Source: an uncultured Chloroflexia bacterium
Lineage (GTDB): Bacteria; Chloroflexota; Anaerolineae; CG2-30-64-16
NCBI GenBank assembly: GCA_963810095.1
Contig: CAWEMM010000012.1
Location: 672,001 to 736,000, forward strand
Direction of reading: 5' to 3'
Length of the DNA: 64,000 nt
Shown here in pieces: positions 21,175 to 31,788 of this stretch. The stretch's first letter is position 1, and each line of letters opens with the position of its first letter. The notes below the pieces were generated by a model, which was given only the letters and a program-made list of their open reading frames with translations, was not told where the DNA came from and did no database searches. The position numbers were made by a program, and so were the translations under genes.

Positions 21175-22092
21175 TTATGGCAGCCACTTCTTTGCCAGCC
21201 GGCATACCATCGTGTAGGCCGGGTCGTAGACGTTGCCCAGGTCGTAGTCCACGCACTGGCCCAGGAGGATGCTCGCCTCCTGCATGGTGAGGCCGTAGTC
21301 GGCGGTCAGCCAGCGGAGCATTTCGGTCGTGGCGTGCTGCAGGGCCTGGTCGAGCGGCCGGGCGTTGCCAACCGTGAAGATGTGCTCCGCATTCTCGCCC
21401 CTGGGCCACCGAACCGGCGCGTGCGCCTCCTGGCCCTTGATCACCCGGAGGCGGAACTCGACCTCGAACGAAATCTCGATCCCCGTTCCCACCACCTCGC
21501 CGTCGCCCTGCACCGCGTGCCCGTCGCCGATGAAGAAAAGCGCGCCCGGCACCGCAACGGGGAAGTATGCGGTCACGCCCGCACAGAAGCCCCGGTAGTC
21601 CATGTTGCCGCCGTGCGGTCCGGCCGTGGACGTGGAGATGGCCTGGCCGCCGGCGGGCGCGACGCCGAAGCAGCCCACCATCGGCGCAAGCGGCAGGGCC
21701 AGCCGGCCGAGCTTGGGGAACGGCTCCTGCGGCGTGGCACAGCCGGCCGCTGCGTCGACGTCCCAGATCAGCGTTTCGGCCTCGGGCAGCGAGGCGACAA
21801 AGCTCGGATCGACCACGCCGGGCGCGACGACGTCACGGGTGAAGCCGGTCGGCCGGTTGGGCGCCAGGCGGATGAGATCGACGGCCAGGGTATCGCCGGG
21901 CTCGGCCGGCTCGACATAAAAGGGACCCGTCTGCGCGTTCGGGCGGCCGCCAGCAAGCTGGCCGTGGTGGTCCCAGCCGTGCGCGTCGATGGTCGTGGTC
22001 ACGACCGTATCGCCGTCGGCGACCGTGAGAACGGGCGGATGCGAGCCGAGCGTGTTGTAATAGCGGGTTGGTGCGAAGTGATGAGTCGTCAT
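21175..22092 (-). CDS. Acetamidase/formamidase family protein
   Basis: TGPFYVE.AEPGDTLAV, HGGNMD, GDGHAVQGDGEV.GTGIE. Confidence 0.88.
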   Translation of the reverse strand: MTTHHFAPTRYYNTLGSHPPVLTVADGDTVVTTTIDAHGWDHHGQLAGGRPNAQTGPFYVEPAEPGDTLAVDLIRLAPNRPTGFTRDVVAPGVVDPSFVASLPEAETLIWDVDAAAGCATPQEPFPKLGRLALPLAPMVGCFGVAPAGGQAISTSTAGPHGGNMDYRGFCAGVTAYFPVAVPGALFFIGDGHAVQGDGEVVGTGIEISFEVEFRLRVIKGQEAHAPVRWPRGENAEHIFTVGNARPLDQALQHATTEMLRWLTADYGLTMQEASILLGQCVDYDLGNVYDPAYTMVCRLAKKWLP

Positions 22093-22096
22093 AACA

Positions 22097-23364
22097 CTAG
22101 CGTAACACCGGGATTGTGGCGTTGGCAAATGGCATGACGCCAATGCGCGCGCCGGATGGCAGGCGGGCCAGCGCCTCGTCCACGGCCTGCTGGAGCGAAG
22201 GGGCGGGGTTCAGCAGCAGGCGCTCGGCCAGGCTGCGGTCCATGTCTGACACGAACGTAAGGCGGACGCGGGCCGCGTCGCGTGCGATCTGCCACGCCTT
22301 GTGCGGGCCGATCCGGTAACCCTCCGCCGCATAGCGGTCGAGCACCTGCTCGTGCGTCGTGAAGCCGCCGTCGAGCATCCAGCGCTCGTAGGCTGCGCTG
22401 CCCGTGCCTTCCCCGCAGGCCGCGGCCAGGATCACTGCGCCGCTCAGAGCGGGAACCAGCCGGGTCACCAGGGTGGCGTGCGCGAGGGCCTTTTGCGCCT
22501 GGTACAGGTTGATGTCCTTCGGATGGCCGCCGGGCGACACGATGACCAGGTCGAACGGGCGGCTGACTTCCACCGCGTAGATGGCGCGCAGCAGGGGGAT
22601 GCCCGCCTGCATCACGTCGACCGGGCGCCCGGCCAGGACGTGCGCGATCTGCTTGTGGTCATTCAGGATCGCGTTGAGCGCGTAGTCCACCCCGATCAGC
22701 CGCCCGATCTCTTCGACATCCTGCCGGCAGGGGTTGTCCGCGTAGGAGTTGATCTCGGCGCCGGCCGCGGTCATCATGGCATGGTTCGTGTTGATGGTGG
22801 CCTTCGCCGTCAGGCCCACCGCCGCGCTCTTGACCCCGCCCGAGAAGCCCATGAACTGGTGCGGCTCGATGTTCCCCACGACCACCCGCAGGTCCGCCTC
22901 CCACCAGCGCCGGTTGACGCTGACGGGCGTGCCGCGGGCCGTCTCGCCGAGGTAGATCAGCTCGCCGTCCGCATTGCAGTCGTGGCTGTACACGGGGTAG
23001 CGGGCGAGGATCTCGGCCGGCAGGATGGCCGGGAATTCCTCGGGCGGCATGGGGGCGTGGGTGCCGGTCGCCACCAGCAGCGTGATGTTCTCGGGGAGGA
23101 ACCCGAGCCCTTCGAGCCGGGCGAGCAAGGGCGGCAGAAGGTAGCGGTGGGGGACGGGCCGGGTCTTGTCGTTAACCGCGACGACAGCCCTCCGCCCTCG
23201 GTTCGTGGGCAGGGGCGCGGCGTCCAGGGCCGCCTCGACTGCCGCCAACGGATCGGGCGAGGGCGCGGCCTCGCGGGGCGCGAGCAACTCCACCCGGCGT
23301 CCAGCGCGGCGGGCAGGTCGAACTCGACAAATCCTTTCCCGTAGGGAAGCTGGTAGCGGGTCAA
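22097..23364 (-). CDS. larA: LarA-family nickel-pincer 2-hydroxy-acid racemase (frameshift near 23295)
   Basis: LPYGKG, NDKTRPVP, ATGTH, HD, EPHQFMGFSGGVKS, GGHPKDINLYQAQKAL, GPHKA. Confidence 0.85.
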
Positions 23365-23371
23365 CGGCGCC

Positions 23372-24485
23372 TCATGCAAACAGCCGGATCAGCAGCAGGC
23401 TAAACAGCGCCAGGCAGCCGCCCACGGCAAAGCCGAGCGCGAGCGGCTTGAGCCCGGTGCGCCGGATGCTCGCGGCGTTGGTGCTCAGCCCGATGGCCGA
23501 GAGGGCGAGCAGGATGCAGAGCTTCGTCACCTCGTCCAGCAGCTTCAGCACGTTGGCGGCGGCTACCAGGCTGCCCGGGTCGTTCACGTTGACCGGTGTG
23601 AAGCCGAGCGCGTTGCCGAGCGACCGGACCAGGCTCATGCCGACGAAGCCGAGCACGAACCAAGGCACGATCTTGCCGATCGACAGCTTGACCGACGCAT
23701 CCCGCTTCTGCTGCGCCCGGGCGTACACCAGCCCGATGCCGAGGATCAGCGGGGCCATGAGCGTGTTGCGCACGAGCTTGACCACCGTCGCAACGTCGCG
23801 TGCCGCGTCGCTGAACGCCGCGCCCGCGGCCACCACCTGCGACGTGTCGAGGATCGCAGTGCCGGCCCACAGCCCGAAGATCCGGTCGCTCATGCCCACC
23901 AGGTAGCCGAACGTGGGGTAGAGCAGCACGGCCAGCGTGCCGAAGAAGGTGATGGTGGCGACCGCATAACTCACATCCTCGTCCTCGGCCTCGATGACCG
24001 GGGCCGTCGCAATGATGGCGGAGTTGCCGCAGATGGCGGTGCCGACGCCGATCAGCGCGGCCAAGCCGGGGGCGGATACGGAGGGCGCGCCCCAGCAGGT
24101 AGGCGAGCGACAGGGCAAAAGCCACGCACGCGAGCACCAGCAGCAGCGCAGACCCGCCGATGTTGATCACGTCCTGGAAGCTGAGCCGCACGCCCAGCAG
24201 GATAATGCCAAAGCGCAGGATGCGGGTCAGAGCGAACTTGATGCCCGGCTCGAAGCGGGCGGAAAACCCGATCGCGTTGCGGACGAAGAACCCGAGCAGC
24301 ACCGCGATGAAGACTTCGCTCACCGCCCGAGCGATCTCGGGCGAGGGGATCAGCCCGTGCAGGTAGCGCGCGATGAGCGCCACGGCCAGCACCAGGAACA
24401 GGCCCGGCAGGGCAGGGCGCAGCTCCGCGCCGATCTTGCGGAGCTCGGCAACAAGTGGATTGACGTGCGTTGTAGGGGCGATCAT
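23372..24485 (-). CDS. YeiH/UPF0324 putative sulfate/sulfite exporter (TauZ/SuyZ-like; frameshift near 24075)
   Basis: LRFGIILLG, GTAICGNSAI.A.AP, FGLWAGTAILDTSQVVAAG, VVKLVRN, VPWFVLGF. Confidence 0.85.
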
Positions 24486-24496
24486 GGCAGCTTCCC

Positions 24497-24561
24497 GACC
24501 TTCGGGGTTTCGACCGCGAGCAACCTGACCGGGTCAGGCGCTCGGTGAAACCCCGAAGGTC
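24497..24561. repeat. Long hairpin, GACCTTCGG...CCGAAGGTC family
   Basis: Imperfect palindrome related to 7206-7239. Confidence 0.55.
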
Positions 24562-24576
24562 TCGGATTGGAGCGGG

Positions 24577-25725
24577 TTACGCGCTCTCGTAGAGCTTCGT
24601 CAGGACGAACTCGTCGTGGCGCAGGGCCTCGGCGGCGGTGAAGCGGCCGTTGATGGTGTGTTCCAGCACCTCCATCGCCTTGTCGGCGCCCTCGTCCAGG
24701 TTGATCTCGATGCGGAGGAGCCCGGTCAGGTCCACGTCGATGTGCTCGGACATCGTCGCGACGGTCAGCGGGTTCGCACACAGCTTGATGACGGGGATGA
24801 TCGGGTTGCCGATGATGTTGCCCTGCCCCGTGGGGAAGTAATGGACGACCGACCCGGCTGCCGCGCACAGGGTGACCATTTCGGCCGCGGCCGACGACGA
24901 ATCCATGAAGTGCAGGCCCGGGCCCTGGGGCTCCACGGCCTTGTCGAGCACGCCCACGACGGTGCAGCGCCCCATCTTCTGGATGTTGCCCATGGCCTTC
25001 TCTTCGATGGTGGTCAGGCCGCCGCGGATGTTGCCTTCGGTCGGCTGCGAGCCCAGCAGGTCGACGCCCTTGCTCTTCACGAGCGCCTGGTAGTCGTTGA
25101 AGAACTGCATGAACCCGTCGGCCACTTCCTGCGTCGCGCACTGGTTGGCGATGATGTCCTCGCCGCCCGTGACCTCGGTCGTCTCGCCGAAGATGAGGGT
25201 TGCCCCAGCGTCCGCCAGCCGCTCGAACACCCGGCCGACCGTGGGGTTCGCCGCCAGGCCCGACGTGGTGTCCGACTCGCCGCACTTGGTGCTCATGCAC
25301 AGCTGGTCGACGGTGAACGGCTCGCGCTGCAGCTCGGTGGCGTACTGCACGAACTCCATGGCCTTGCGCGCCGCCATCTCGATGGTCTTCAGGTCGCCGT
25401 AGCGCTCGATGCTGAACCCGGCGACCGGCTTGCCCGTCTCGGCGATCGCATCGACCACCCGCTGCGTCCACTTCGGCTCGATGCCGATGACGATGGCCGC
25501 GGCCACGTTCGGGTTGCGCCCGGTGCCCGCCAGCGTGCGGAAGGTCAGCTCGAGGTCCTCGCCGAACTGCAGCCGGCCGTATGGGTGCGGCAGGGCCATC
25601 GTGCCCTTGATCAGGCTGGCAACGCCGTTGGCGGCGGCATTGGAGATGTCGTCGATCGGCAGGATGATGACGTGGTTGCGGACGCCGAAGCGGCCGTCCG
25701 GGCGCTTGTAGCCCAGCAGCTTCAT
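24577..25725 (-). CDS. suyB: Sulfolactate sulfo-lyase beta subunit (UxaA family)
   Basis: GVRNHVIILPIDDISNAA, PHPYGRLQFGEDL, KCGESDTTSG, MDSSSAAAE, FPTGQGN: SuyB-type rather than altronate dehydratase. Confidence 0.85.
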   Translation of the reverse strand: MKLLGYKRPDGRFGVRNHVIILPIDDISNAAANGVASLIKGTMALPHPYGRLQFGEDLELTFRTLAGTGRNPNVAAAIVIGIEPKWTQRVVDAIAETGKPVAGFSIERYGDLKTIEMAARKAMEFVQYATELQREPFTVDQLCMSTKCGESDTTSGLAANPTVGRVFERLADAGATLIFGETTEVTGGEDIIANQCATQEVADGFMQFFNDYQALVKSKGVDLLGSQPTEGNIRGGLTTIEEKAMGNIQKMGRCTVVGVLDKAVEPQGPGLHFMDSSSAAAEMVTLCAAAGSVVHYFPTGQGNIIGNPIIPVIKLCANPLTVATMSEHIDVDLTGLLRIEINLDEGADKAMEVLEHTINGRFTAAEALRHDEFVLTKLYESA

Positions 25726-26086
25726 TTCCTCCGGCTTCTTGCCGCCCAGGGCCAGCCGCTCGGTGTGCTTCTGGACGATTTCCGGCGCGGGCGCCTCTTC
25801 CAGGCTCCACGCGCATCGTCTTCAGGTTTTGCGTGTGGACGTGGCCGCCGCAGGGGATGGCCGCAGTCGTCTGGCCGATCGTGCGCCCGTACTTGAGCAG
25901 CTTGTGCCCCGCCGGCATGTCGCGCATCGCAACCTTGTGGCCCAAGGGCACGTCGTTCACGACCTTGAGGCTGCCGTGCTCCTGCCCCTCCAGCGTGACG
26001 ACGCCCACTTCCTCGCCCGCGTGCAGGTCGCGCACCGCCACGCCGACATCGTCGATGAGTTCGTGAATCAGGATTCCGTGTGCCAT
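25726..26086 (-). CDS. suyA: SAF-domain SuyA-like module, probably fused to SuyB
   Basis: HE..DDVGVA, VPLGHKVA, KYG..IG, HVHTQNLKTMR(W); one extra base near 25810. Confidence 0.8.
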
Positions 26087-26214
26087 GATGAGTGCCTTTC
26101 GTAAACGGGATTGGAATGGGACTCAGTTAACTGATCAAACTGATCGACCTGATCTTTCTTGAATATCATGAAGATCAGTCCGATCCGTTCGATCTGTGTC
26201 CCATTCTGCGTTCT

Positions 26215-27431
26215 CTACAAGTCGATCCCGTTTTCGCGGAGCAGCTCGTCGATGAGCACGGGCTGCCCGGTCTTGACCGATTTTTCGGCCGCCGCGCCGA
26301 CGACGATGGACCAGAAGCCCTCGGCGGCTGTGGCCGCTGTCCTTGGCGCACCGTCGATGTTGTCCACAAAGCTGACGTGCTCGAAGTAGGTCGCGCCGTG
26401 GTGGCCGCTCGCCTGGATGAAGCCGGGTAGCACGGCGTGCCGATGCGGGTGGGCTTGCGGTCGCCGCACTTGATCTCGATGGTCGTGTCGGGCTGGCCCG
26501 CCGGCAGGAAGTCCTCGTTCTCCGACACCTTCAGCCGGCCGTCGTCGCCGCAGAGCACCATCTCCTCGTAGAACATGGGCGAGAACATGCAGAGGTTGAA
26601 GGTGGCCCGCACGCCGTTGGCGTAGTTGACGATGACGAACGGCGTTGTCGATGATGTCCGACTTTTCGCCCTCGTACTCGAAGTCGAGGAAGTTGACCGC
26701 CGCGCTGCCGCTCGCATACACGCTGACCGGCCGGGCGCCGGCGAACAGGTTCATCAGGTCGAAGTAATGGCAGCACTTCTCGACCAGCGTGCCGCCCGAG
26801 TACTTCGAGAACTTGTTCCACTGCTTCACCTTGTCGAGGAAGGGGAAGCGGTGCTCGAGGATGCTGATCGTCTTGATGTCGCCGATGGTCTTGCGCTCCA
26901 GCGCCTCGTGGATGGCCTCCACGTAGATGGGCTTGAAGCGGTACTGCAGCCCGATCTGGAAGACGGCGGGGTGCCGCTGCGCCATCTGCATGATGGCATA
27001 GGCGTCGCAGACCGTCGTCGCCATCGGCTTCTCGAGCAGGATGTGCTTGCCCGACGCGGCGGCCACCCGCACCACGTCGAGATGCGTGAAGTTCGGCGTG
27101 CAGATGATCAGGCCGTCGACCGCCGGGTCGTTGCACGCCGCTTCGAGCGAGTCGTACACGACCAGCTTTTCCCGCCCGGGCGGAACTGGGCGTGCATCCC
27201 CTGGGCGCCGGCAATGCTCAGCGGGTTCGGGTCGTACACGCCGTGGATGACCGCGCGGCCCTCCATGCCCGTCACCCGGATGTGCTCCTGCCCGTTGACG
27301 CCCGTTCCGATCACGTTGAAGCGGTAGCGCTCCTCTGCCGGTGCGAAGAGGTAGCGGTCTTCGGCCGGGATGTACGCGAAGACGGGGCTCCGCGCAAAGA
27401 CCTGGTTGCGGAATTCTTTACCGATTGGCAT
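26215..27431 (-). CDS. Gfo/Idh/MocA-fold protein, probable NAD-dependent sulfoquinovosidase (GH188/SqgA-like); frameshifted
   Basis: EKPMAT, GLQYRF, EHRFPFLDKV.QWN, GGTLVEKCCHYFDL, HHGATYFEH; SQ gene context. Confidence 0.75.
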
Positions 27432-27446
27432 AGCGTTATCCTCGAC

Positions 27447-28111
27447 TTATTCGTACGGCGTCTTGTCCCAGAAGCTGCAGAACCGCTTCAGCCCCTCGTC
27501 CGTCCACGGGTGCTGGACCATGCCCTTGTACACCGCGAGGCCCGCAGGTCACGATGTCCGCCCCGGCCACGGCCGAGTCCACGATCTGCCGGCCGTTGCG
27601 CACCGCACTGACGATGATCTCGGTCGGGAACTCGTAGTTGTCGCGCATCATCACGATTTCCTGGATGAAGCGCACGGTTTCTTCGCCGGTCTCTTCCTTC
27701 CAGCCGATGAAGGGCGAGACGAACGTCGCGCCGAGCCGCATGGCCTGCAGCGCCTGGCTGCCCGAGAAGACGAGGGTCAGGTTGACGCGGATGTTCTTCG
27801 GCCCGCAGGCCGCGCAGCGCCCGGAACCCGGGCTCGGTGGCGGGCAGCTTGATGACGAAGTTGGGGCTGAGCGCGGCCAGCTTCTTGCCCTCGGCCACCA
27901 TCTCGCGCCAGTCGTCGTAGTGCGGGTTGACCTCGACCGACACCGGCAGGTCTGTCCCCTTGAAGATCTCCGCGATCTCCTTGATCACGACCATGAACGG
28001 CTTGCCCGAAGCCTGCACGTGCCGGGGGTTCGTCGTCACGCCGTCGATCCCCACCATCTCCAGCGCGTACGTGATCTCGTCCGTGATCGCGCTGTCCAGG
28101 AAGAACTTCAT
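27447..28111 (-). CDS. 6-deoxy-6-sulfofructose transaldolase (SqvA/SftT-like); frameshifted
   Basis: MKFFLDSA, GVTTNPRH, SGKPF, VEVNPH, SPFIGWKE, RNGRQI: match recalled SqvA rather than classical TalC. Confidence 0.82.
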
Positions 28112-28248
28112 CCTTGCCTCCGAATGTGTGTCGTCGCCCGCGGGACCAATGTCGAGGCTACCACAAGGTGCCCGATGACATGGCTTCACAAAGCTCTGCA
28201 ACTATCGCCTGGCTTCCGTTTGTCTGTGTCTTTGTGTTAAAGTCATGT

Positions 28249-29197
28249 CTACCTGCCGCCGAAGCCCGTCGTTGCGACGCCCTGCACGAAGTAGCGCTGG
28301 GCGAAGACGAACACGATCAGGATCGGGATGAGCACCGCCGTCGACGCCGCGAACAGCAGCTCCCAGTTCCCCGTCATCTGCACGTCGTTGAGCGCGCGCA
28401 AGCCGAGCGCCAGCGTCCAGTTTTGCCGGCCGTTGATGTAGATCAGCGGCTGCAGGAAGTCGTTGTAGCTCTGCAGGAACGCGAACACCGCCACCGTCGC
28501 GATGACCGGCTTGGACAGCGGCAGGATGATGTTGAAGAGGATGCGGACGCGGCTTGCGCCGTCGACCAGCGCGGCTTCCTCCAGCTCCATGGGGATGGTC
28601 TTGAAGAACTGCCGCATCAGGAACACGTAGAGCGGCGCCAGCGCCAGCCAGAACGGCACGGTCAGCGGCAGGTAGTTGCGCGGCAGGTCGAACAGCGTGC
28701 CCGGCAGGTCGAGCACGTTGCCCGGCTTCGTCCAGCCAAGCGTCCTGAACTCGATGAACATCGGGATCATCGTGATGATCTCGGGCAGCATCATCGTGCC
28801 GAGCAGCATGCCGAAGAAGAAGTCGCGGCCGGGCCAGCGCAGCCGGGCGAACGAGTAGGCCACCAGCGACGACGACAGCACCACGCCCAGCACGGTCAGG
28901 AGGGAGATCTTGAAGGTGTTGACCGCAAACGTGGCGAAGGGCAGCAGCTGCCATCGCGTCGGCGTAGTTGCGCCACTGGGGCACGGCCGGGATCCACACG
29001 ATCGGGTTGGCGAAGATCTCGGGCTGGCTCTTCAGCGACGAAGAGACCATCCACAGCGTGGGGCCCAGGAACGTGAGCAGGATCAGCGTCATCAGGACCT
29101 GCAGGCCGATGATGCCCAGCCGGTCCATCGTCTTGCGCCGCGATTTGGCGGCCGCGTATTTTTCGGTCTCGACCGTTGGCGTGGCAGGGATGTCCAT
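28249..29197 (-). CDS. Carbohydrate ABC permease (MalG-type; frameshifted)
   Basis: AYSFARLRWPGR, ELEEAALVDGAS (EAA loop), QRYFVQG. Confidence 0.88.
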
Positions 29198-29206
29198 GGG
29201 GCGCTC

Positions 29207-30118
29207 CTACGACTCGTAATACACCCAGCGGCTCGACACGTAGAACTGCGACGATGGTCAGGCCGATGACGATGATGAAGAGCTCCCACGCCAGCGCGGA
29301 AGCGTAGCCCATGTTGAAGAACTGGAAACCGTTCCGGTAGATGTTGAGCACGACGAACAGCGTCGAGTTTTCCGGCCCGCCGTCGGTCATGATCAGCGCG
29401 GGGACGAACGTCTGGAACGAGTTGATGATCGCGATGATCATGTTGTAAAAGATCAGTGGCGTCATCAGCGGGACGGTGATCTTGAGGATCGAGGTGAACT
29501 TGCTCGCGCCGTCGATCTGCGCGGCTTCCTGCAGCTGGACCGGGATGTTGCCGAGGCCGGCGATAAAGATCACCATCTGGCGGCCGATCATCCAGAACGA
29601 CATGAAAGATGAAGGCGGGCTTGGCCAGCTCGGGCTTGAGCAGCCACGGCTGTGCCGGGATGCCCACCCAGCCGAGGATGGTGTTCAGGATGCCGAAATC
29701 GGGGTGCAGCACCCGCTGCCACACGACGGCCGTCGCGACGACAGGGATGATGATGGGCAGGTAAAAGCCCGCCCGGTACATCGCCCGGAACTTGAGCGGC
29801 TGGGTCAGCGCCAGTGCCAGCGAGAAGGAGATGACAAGCTGGAACGGCACGGCAAAGAGGGTGTAAATCGCGCTGTTCACCAGCGCCTTGCGCGCCAGCT
29901 CGTCGGTGAACACCCGCGTGATATTCGCCAGCCCGGCGAACAGCCGGCGGCGAGAGCAGGTCCCATTTCTGAAACATCAGGTAAATGGAGTAGAGCATGG
30001 GAAATGCGACGAAGGCGAAAAAGCCGATCAAGAACGGCGCAGCAAACAGGTAGCCTTGCAGCCATTCGCGGCGCTGAAATGACGACACGCGGCGCCTGGG
30101 TTGCGTTACAGCGGCCAT
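29207..30118 (-). CDS. Carbohydrate ABC permease (MalF-type; frameshifted)
   Basis: GYLFAAPF, LQEAAQIDGAS, TDGGPENST, MGYASALAW, WVYYE. Confidence 0.88.
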
Positions 30119-30257
30119 GCCGTACCTCCCGAAGCAGAATTGGACTCAGATTGAACTGATCTGACTGATTTGCCTGATCCTTCACCCTGGGCTGGCAGGG
30201 TAATCACGAACAAGATCAGGTGATCAGTCCGATCAGTCCAATCTGCGTTCTATTGCA

Positions 30258-31674
30258 CTATGCGCCGAGCGCGGCGTTCAGCTTCTCGTCGACCTGCGGG
30301 AAGACCTCGGCCGGCTTGGCGCTGCCGTTGTTGATCTTGTCCCATGCGGTCGGCTTCACGACCTCGGACCACATCTTCGAGCGCGGCACGTTGGCGCTGA
30401 CCACGTCGATCTGGCCTTCCTTGAACGCATCGAGGAACGCCTGGCCGTTCTCGATCTGGTACAGCTCCTTGGTGCGCGGCACCCACCAGCTTTGCGCCAG
30501 GTCGAGGTTCGACGGGATGCGGCCGGTGATGGTGGAGTACTGCTTGTTGCCTGCTTCGCTCACCAGGAACGCGGCGAACGCCCAGGCGGCCTCGGCCAGG
30601 TCGGTCTTCGGTGACCGCGACGCCTTCGCCCCAGCCGCGATGCGGCCGGCCCGAAACGTTGGGGGTCTTGGGCATGAGCACCACGTCGAAGGGCACTTCC
30701 TTCTTCTGCTCGCGCAGCTTCGGGCTGTTGAGCTGGGGCAGGAACCACGGCCCTTCGTACTTCATGGCGCACTTGCCGGTGTTGATCGTGTTCGCGCCGG
30801 ACGTGTCGGCCGGGCTCGGCGCGACCTTCCAGGTGTGGGGCATGTCGTAGGAGGTCGTGGTGATGCGGTCCACGATCTCGGGCTGGTTGAACATGGCCTT
30901 CTTCGGGTCGATGATCGTGTCGAACTCGCGCTTGCCCGTGCCGACGATCCAGCCGATGTCGCGGTACCAGTTGCCGTTGACCTGGTAGCCGAACAGGCCC
31001 TTGCCCGCGTCGGTCAGCTTCTTGGCCGTCTCGACGAACTCGTCGAACGTCCAGTCGGTCTTCGGGTAGGCCACGCCGGCGTCGTCGAAGATCTTCTTGG
31101 CGTAGAACATGATCATCGTCGCGGCCTGCAGCGGGATGAGGAAGGTCTTGCCGTTGCGCTTCGTGCTCTGCTCGACGCTGGTGTAGCCCGAGGGGTAGAC
31201 GTTGGTCACCTTGTCGCGGGTGATCCAGTCGTCGACCGGCTGGAGCAGGCCCTTGTCCGCATAGGCTTGCCACTCCCAGCCCTGGAAGGAGGCCAGGTTG
31301 GGCGGCGTGCCGCCGGCGAACATGGTCTGCAGCTTGGTGTAGTAGTTGGCGTTAGGGTCGGCAACCGGCGTGATGTTCACCACGTTCCCGGTCAGCTTGG
31401 TGTACTCGGGCCCCAGCACTTCCCAGGCCGGGACCGTCGGTCGTGTCGCCCCAGGCGAGGAACTCGATCGGGGCGAGCGCTGCCCTTCGCCGCAGGTGCG
31501 GCAGTCGGGGCGGCTGCGGCCGGCGCGGTGGTCGCCGCGGGCGCAGCCGTGGGGGCGCTGCGGCCGGTGCGTGGCCTGCTGGCCGCCGCATGCGGAGAGC
31601 AATGCGGCCGCCGCCAGGCCCCCGCCGCCCAGCTTCAGGAACTCGCGGCGGGACAACTTGGTCTGCTTGGACAT
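30258..31674 (-). CDS. Sugar ABC substrate-binding lipoprotein with Tat signal (frameshifted)
   Basis: LSRREFLK Tat motif, LSAC lipobox, YYTKLQTMFAGGTPP, DWTFDEF. Confidence 0.85.
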
Positions 31675-31788
31675 GTGCCTTTCCCTCCCTGGGTGGTGTT
31701 GAGATCGCGTCGTGGGGCCCGTGCGCAGCACGCCGCCTCATGACAGGAGTTGACTTACGACAGGCGTTGACCTACGACAGCTGTTGAC

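Noticed and set aside
24577-26086. Altronate/galactarate dehydratase (UxaA/GarD) for uronate catabolism
   Set aside because: Motifs (LPIDDISN, YGRLQFG, MDSSSAAAE) and context fit SuyB better.
27447-28111. Ordinary transaldolase / fructose-6-phosphate aldolase
   Set aside because: Has TTNPRH and PFIGWKE instead of the canonical TTNPSL and PFVGRLD.
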